Source of the DNA: a virus
Taxonomy: Duplodnaviria > Caudoviricetes
Length of the DNA: 57,800 bases
Strand: one strand, 5' to 3'
Virus record (IMG/VR): IMGVR_UViG_3300050116_000283
Span: 1 to 57,800 of that record
This document shows, piece by piece, positions 55,067 to 57,800 of the stretch. The notes under the pieces were generated by a model. That model was not told where the DNA came from. It ran no database searches and saw nothing but the letters and a program-made list of their open reading frames with translations. A program made the position numbers and the translations under genes. The stretch's first letter is position 1. The number at the start of each line of letters is the position of its first letter.

Positions 55067-55561
55067 ATGAAATTCCGCGACGACCTACTCAAGCGTATAG
55101 AAAAGAAGGAACTGGAGATCCGGGACCTGGAAAAGCAACTCGCGGCGGCCAACGCCTACCTGCAGGCGCTGCAGGAGACTGTACGCATTCTTCCAAAGGA
55201 GCCGTTGGGCAGTCCGATGTCGCCCGCTCAAGTCCTGCGGCCGGGAAGCGCAGTTGCGAAGGCGCGCGAGGCGATCATAAAGGCCGGCAAGCCTCTCCAC
55301 ATAACGGAACTTCTGAAGGCGCTCGGCCGACCGGTGGACAAAAACAGCCGGGTCTCCCTGAGTGGCTCCCTGAGCGGCTACGTGAAGCGGAACGAGATCT
55401 TCACGCGCCCAGCACCAAACACGTTCGGCTTGATCGAGCTAAACCACAGCCAAATGCCGGAGGATGAACCACCCGAAGATTTCGGATCTCTCCCCGAGGA
55501 TGAGCCGGAGAAGCCGGAAGCGCCGGCAACGGACCTCACGGACGATGACGTACCTTTCTAG
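55067..55561 (+). CDS. Coiled-coil + winged HTH (HARE-HTH-like) protein with acidic tail
   Basis: AIIKAGKPLHITELLKAL..SLSGSLS..IFTRPAPNTFGL; ends DDDVPF. Confidence 0.75.
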   Translation: MKFRDDLLKRIEKKELEIRDLEKQLAAANAYLQALQETVRILPKEPLGSPMSPAQVLRPGSAVAKAREAIIKAGKPLHITELLKALGRPVDKNSRVSLSGSLSGYVKRNEIFTRPAPNTFGLIELNHSQMPEDEPPEDFGSLPEDEPEKPEAPATDLTDDDVPF

Positions 55562-55673
55562 CCTCTAAAGTGGAACAATACATAGGACAAATGTTGCATT
55601 GTCGTTTCGGCCCCGGCCGTAACGACCGCACCTGGCGGCGCACGGTAGATTCCCGGTACGTCCGATCATACGT

Positions 55674-57800
55674 ATGAGCCAAACCGCACTCCACGACATC
55701 GAAAAGCTCGAAGACAGCCTGTGGGCCGCCGCCGACAACCTGCGCGCCAACTCGAAGCTGACATCGTCGGAATATTGCATGCCGGTGCTCGGCGTCATCT
55801 TCCTGCGGCACGCCACCAACCGGTACGACGCGGCTCGCCAACAAATTGCCGGCGACCAGGCAGCCGGCAAGATGCCGAAGCGCCCGCTGGTCAAGGGCGA
55901 TTTCATTAAGCGCCGCGCCCTCCTGCTCCCCAAGGAGGCCCGCTACGACGAGTTGCTGAGGCTGCCCAAGGGTACGAACCTCGGCACCGCGCTCGTCGAG
56001 GCCATGAACGCCATTGAGCGCGATTTCGAACCACTCGCGGGCCAACTCCCCAAGGACTACGAGAAGTTCGGCAGCGATCTGCTCGAAGACCTCCTGCGCG
56101 TATTCGACAGCGCTACCCTGCGCACCGCCAGCGGCGACGTCTTCGGCCGTATCTACGAGTACTTCCTCATGAAGTTCGCCATGCAGGGCGCCCAGGACAA
56201 CGGCGAATTCTTCACGCCACCCTCCCTCGTCCAGACCATCGTCAACATCATCGAACCCGACCACGGCATCGTCTTCGACCCCGCCTGCGGTTCTGGCGGC
56301 ATGTTCGTTCAATCCAGTCACTTCATCGAGCGGCTCGGAAAAGACACTGCCCACCGGGTCACCTTCTTCGGCCAGGAGAAGACGGCTACCACCATCCGCC
56401 TGGCGAAGATGAATCTTGCCGTCCACGGCCTGGAGGGCGACATCCGAGAGGCGAACACCTTTTACGAGGACGTCCACACGCTCTATGACAAATGCGACTT
56501 TGTGATGGCAAATCCGCCCTTCAACGTCGACATGGTGGACGCCGAGAAGGTAAAAGATGATCGCCGCCTCCCGTTCGGCTTGCCCGGCGTGAACAAAGCC
56601 AAGAAGGTATCGAACGGCAACTACCTCTGGATTTCCTACTTCCACAGCTACCTGGGGCCGAAGGGCAGGGCCGGCTTCGTCATGTCTTCGCAGGCCTCAA
56701 GCGCCGGGCACGGCGAAGCCGAGGTTCGCCGCAAGATCGTCGAAACCTGCGACGTGGACGTGATGGTTTCCATCCGCTCCAACTTCTTCTACACCCGTAC
56801 CGTCCCTTGCGAACTCTGGCACTTCGACAAGGGTAAGCCAGCAGACCGCCGCGACCAGGTGCTGATGATTGACGCGCGGAATATCTACCGCAAGGTCACG
56901 CGCAAGATTTACGATTTCACGCCGGAGCAGTCGGCCAATCTCACCGCGATCGTGTGGCTCTACCGCGGCCAGGCGGATCGATTCCTTGGGTTGGTGCAGC
57001 GCCACCTGGACCGCACGATTGCGGAGGCTGCCGCTATTGGCGAGCACGCCGCCGAATTCCGCAAGGCCTACACTACCCTTGCCGAGGCCGCCGCGCCGTT
57101 TCTTAAGGCGTTGCCCGCGCAATCAGAAGACACGGCGGAAGCTAACGCCCCCAACCTCCAAGACCTGATTAAGGAGCGGGACGAAGCGGCCGAGGCCTGT
57201 TTCCGGTCCCTCGATGAGTGGACCGCACTCATCGCCAAGAAATGGAGCAAACCATGCGCGCCCGATCTCGCAGCCCAGCAGAAGCGCCTGGCTGCTCTCG
57301 ATGCGCTCGCCACTGCCTGCCGTGACCTGGTGAAGGATGTCGACCTCGTCACCAAACTCGCCACCCGGTTGGTGGACGCCGCCGAAAAGGAGGTCAAGAA
57401 ATCTAAGGAGAACGGCGACGACAATCACGACAACTGGGATGGCCGCGCTATCGGGCGCCTCGAAAAGGAACTCGAGCCCCGGCGCAAAGAGCTGGTCGAG
57501 CAGCTCAAGCGCACGGCCTACTTCCAGCGCCAGGCGCAATGGCTCCTGTCGCGATTCCCGGAGGCTAAATTCGTAGCCGTCCCTGGACTTTGCCGCGTTG
57601 TCACGCGCGCCGAAATCCAGGCCGCCGACTGGAGCCTCACGCCTGGACGCTATGTGGGCGTGGCGCCTCCGGAGGTGGATGAAGAATTCGATTTTGAGCA
57701 GGCCCTTCGCGACATCCACATCGAACTGGCGGACCTTAACCGGGAATCGTGCACTCTCGCGGCCAAGATTCAGGCGAACTTCGAGGGGCTGGGTATATGA
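55674..57800 (+). CDS. hsdM: Type I restriction-modification methyltransferase subunit
   Basis: LWAAADNLR, GRIYEYFL, GEFFTP, FDPACGSGGMF, NPPFN, SLTPGRYVG. Confidence 0.94.
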   Translation: MSQTALHDIEKLEDSLWAAADNLRANSKLTSSEYCMPVLGVIFLRHATNRYDAARQQIAGDQAAGKMPKRPLVKGDFIKRRALLLPKEARYDELLRLPKGTNLGTALVEAMNAIERDFEPLAGQLPKDYEKFGSDLLEDLLRVFDSATLRTASGDVFGRIYEYFLMKFAMQGAQDNGEFFTPPSLVQTIVNIIEPDHGIVFDPACGSGGMFVQSSHFIERLGKDTAHRVTFFGQEKTATTIRLAKMNLAVHGLEGDIREANTFYEDVHTLYDKCDFVMANPPFNVDMVDAEKVKDDRRLPFGLPGVNKAKKVSNGNYLWISYFHSYLGPKGRAGFVMSSQASSAGHGEAEVRRKIVETCDVDVMVSIRSNFFYTRTVPCELWHFDKGKPADRRDQVLMIDARNIYRKVTRKIYDFTPEQSANLTAIVWLYRGQADRFLGLVQRHLDRTIAEAAAIGEHAAEFRKAYTTLAEAAAPFLKALPAQSEDTAEANAPNLQDLIKERDEAAEACFRSLDEWTALIAKKWSKPCAPDLAAQQKRLAALDALATACRDLVKDVDLVTKLATRLVDAAEKEVKKSKENGDDNHDNWDGRAIGRLEKELEPRRKELVEQLKRTAYFQRQAQWLLSRFPEAKFVAVPGLCRVVTRAEIQAADWSLTPGRYVGVAPPEVDEEFDFEQALRDIHIELADLNRESCTLAAKIQANFEGLGI

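Larger units (their letters stand above)
1..55561 (-). mobile_element. Lambda-like temperate prophage (siphovirus type); boundaries not visible
   Basis: Colinear replication, packaging (Nu1/GpA-like), lambda-type portal, capsid, tail tube, tape measure, tail tip and lysin genes with many ATGA/GTGA overlaps; no contractile sheath; no integrase or att seen, so the ends are approximate. Confidence 0.93.

Overview
The window is almost entirely one GC-rich, lambda-like (siphovirus-type) prophage transcribed mainly on the minus strand. From right to left it holds: a type I R-M hsdM gene and a wHTH gene (+); dinD; a two-gene putative regulatory pair; an excisionase-like HTH and a sigma-70-family factor; a replication/recombination block (PD-(D/E)XK nuclease, Sak4-like ATPase, DUF669 SSB, ERCC4 nuclease, RecD2, primase-NTPase fusion with a palindromic iteron array in its 3' end); small late genes; a candidate cos region; terS/terL; a ~5.5 kb insert (Zn-finger, Ig-like protein, initiator-like tRNA, two ParB-DNA methyltransferases, antisense DUF3489 cassette); gpW, portal, protease-capsid fusion, head-tail and tail genes, tape measure, tail tip, a large TIM-barrel-type tail protein, three tail-fibre-like genes and a GH73 endolysin at the left edge. 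Morons are interspersed (ankyrin protein, BrnT/BrnA, secreted and membrane proteins). No integrase, cI-type repressor, clear holin/spanin or att site is visible, so the element probably extends past the window. The gene style suggests an Acidobacteriota host (inference only). The most unusual signal is that all three tail-fibre-position genes carry Sec-type signal peptides with Gln at +1 and paired cysteines, hinting at exported or periplasm-folded phage fibres. All family calls come from motif recognition by eye; no searches were run.
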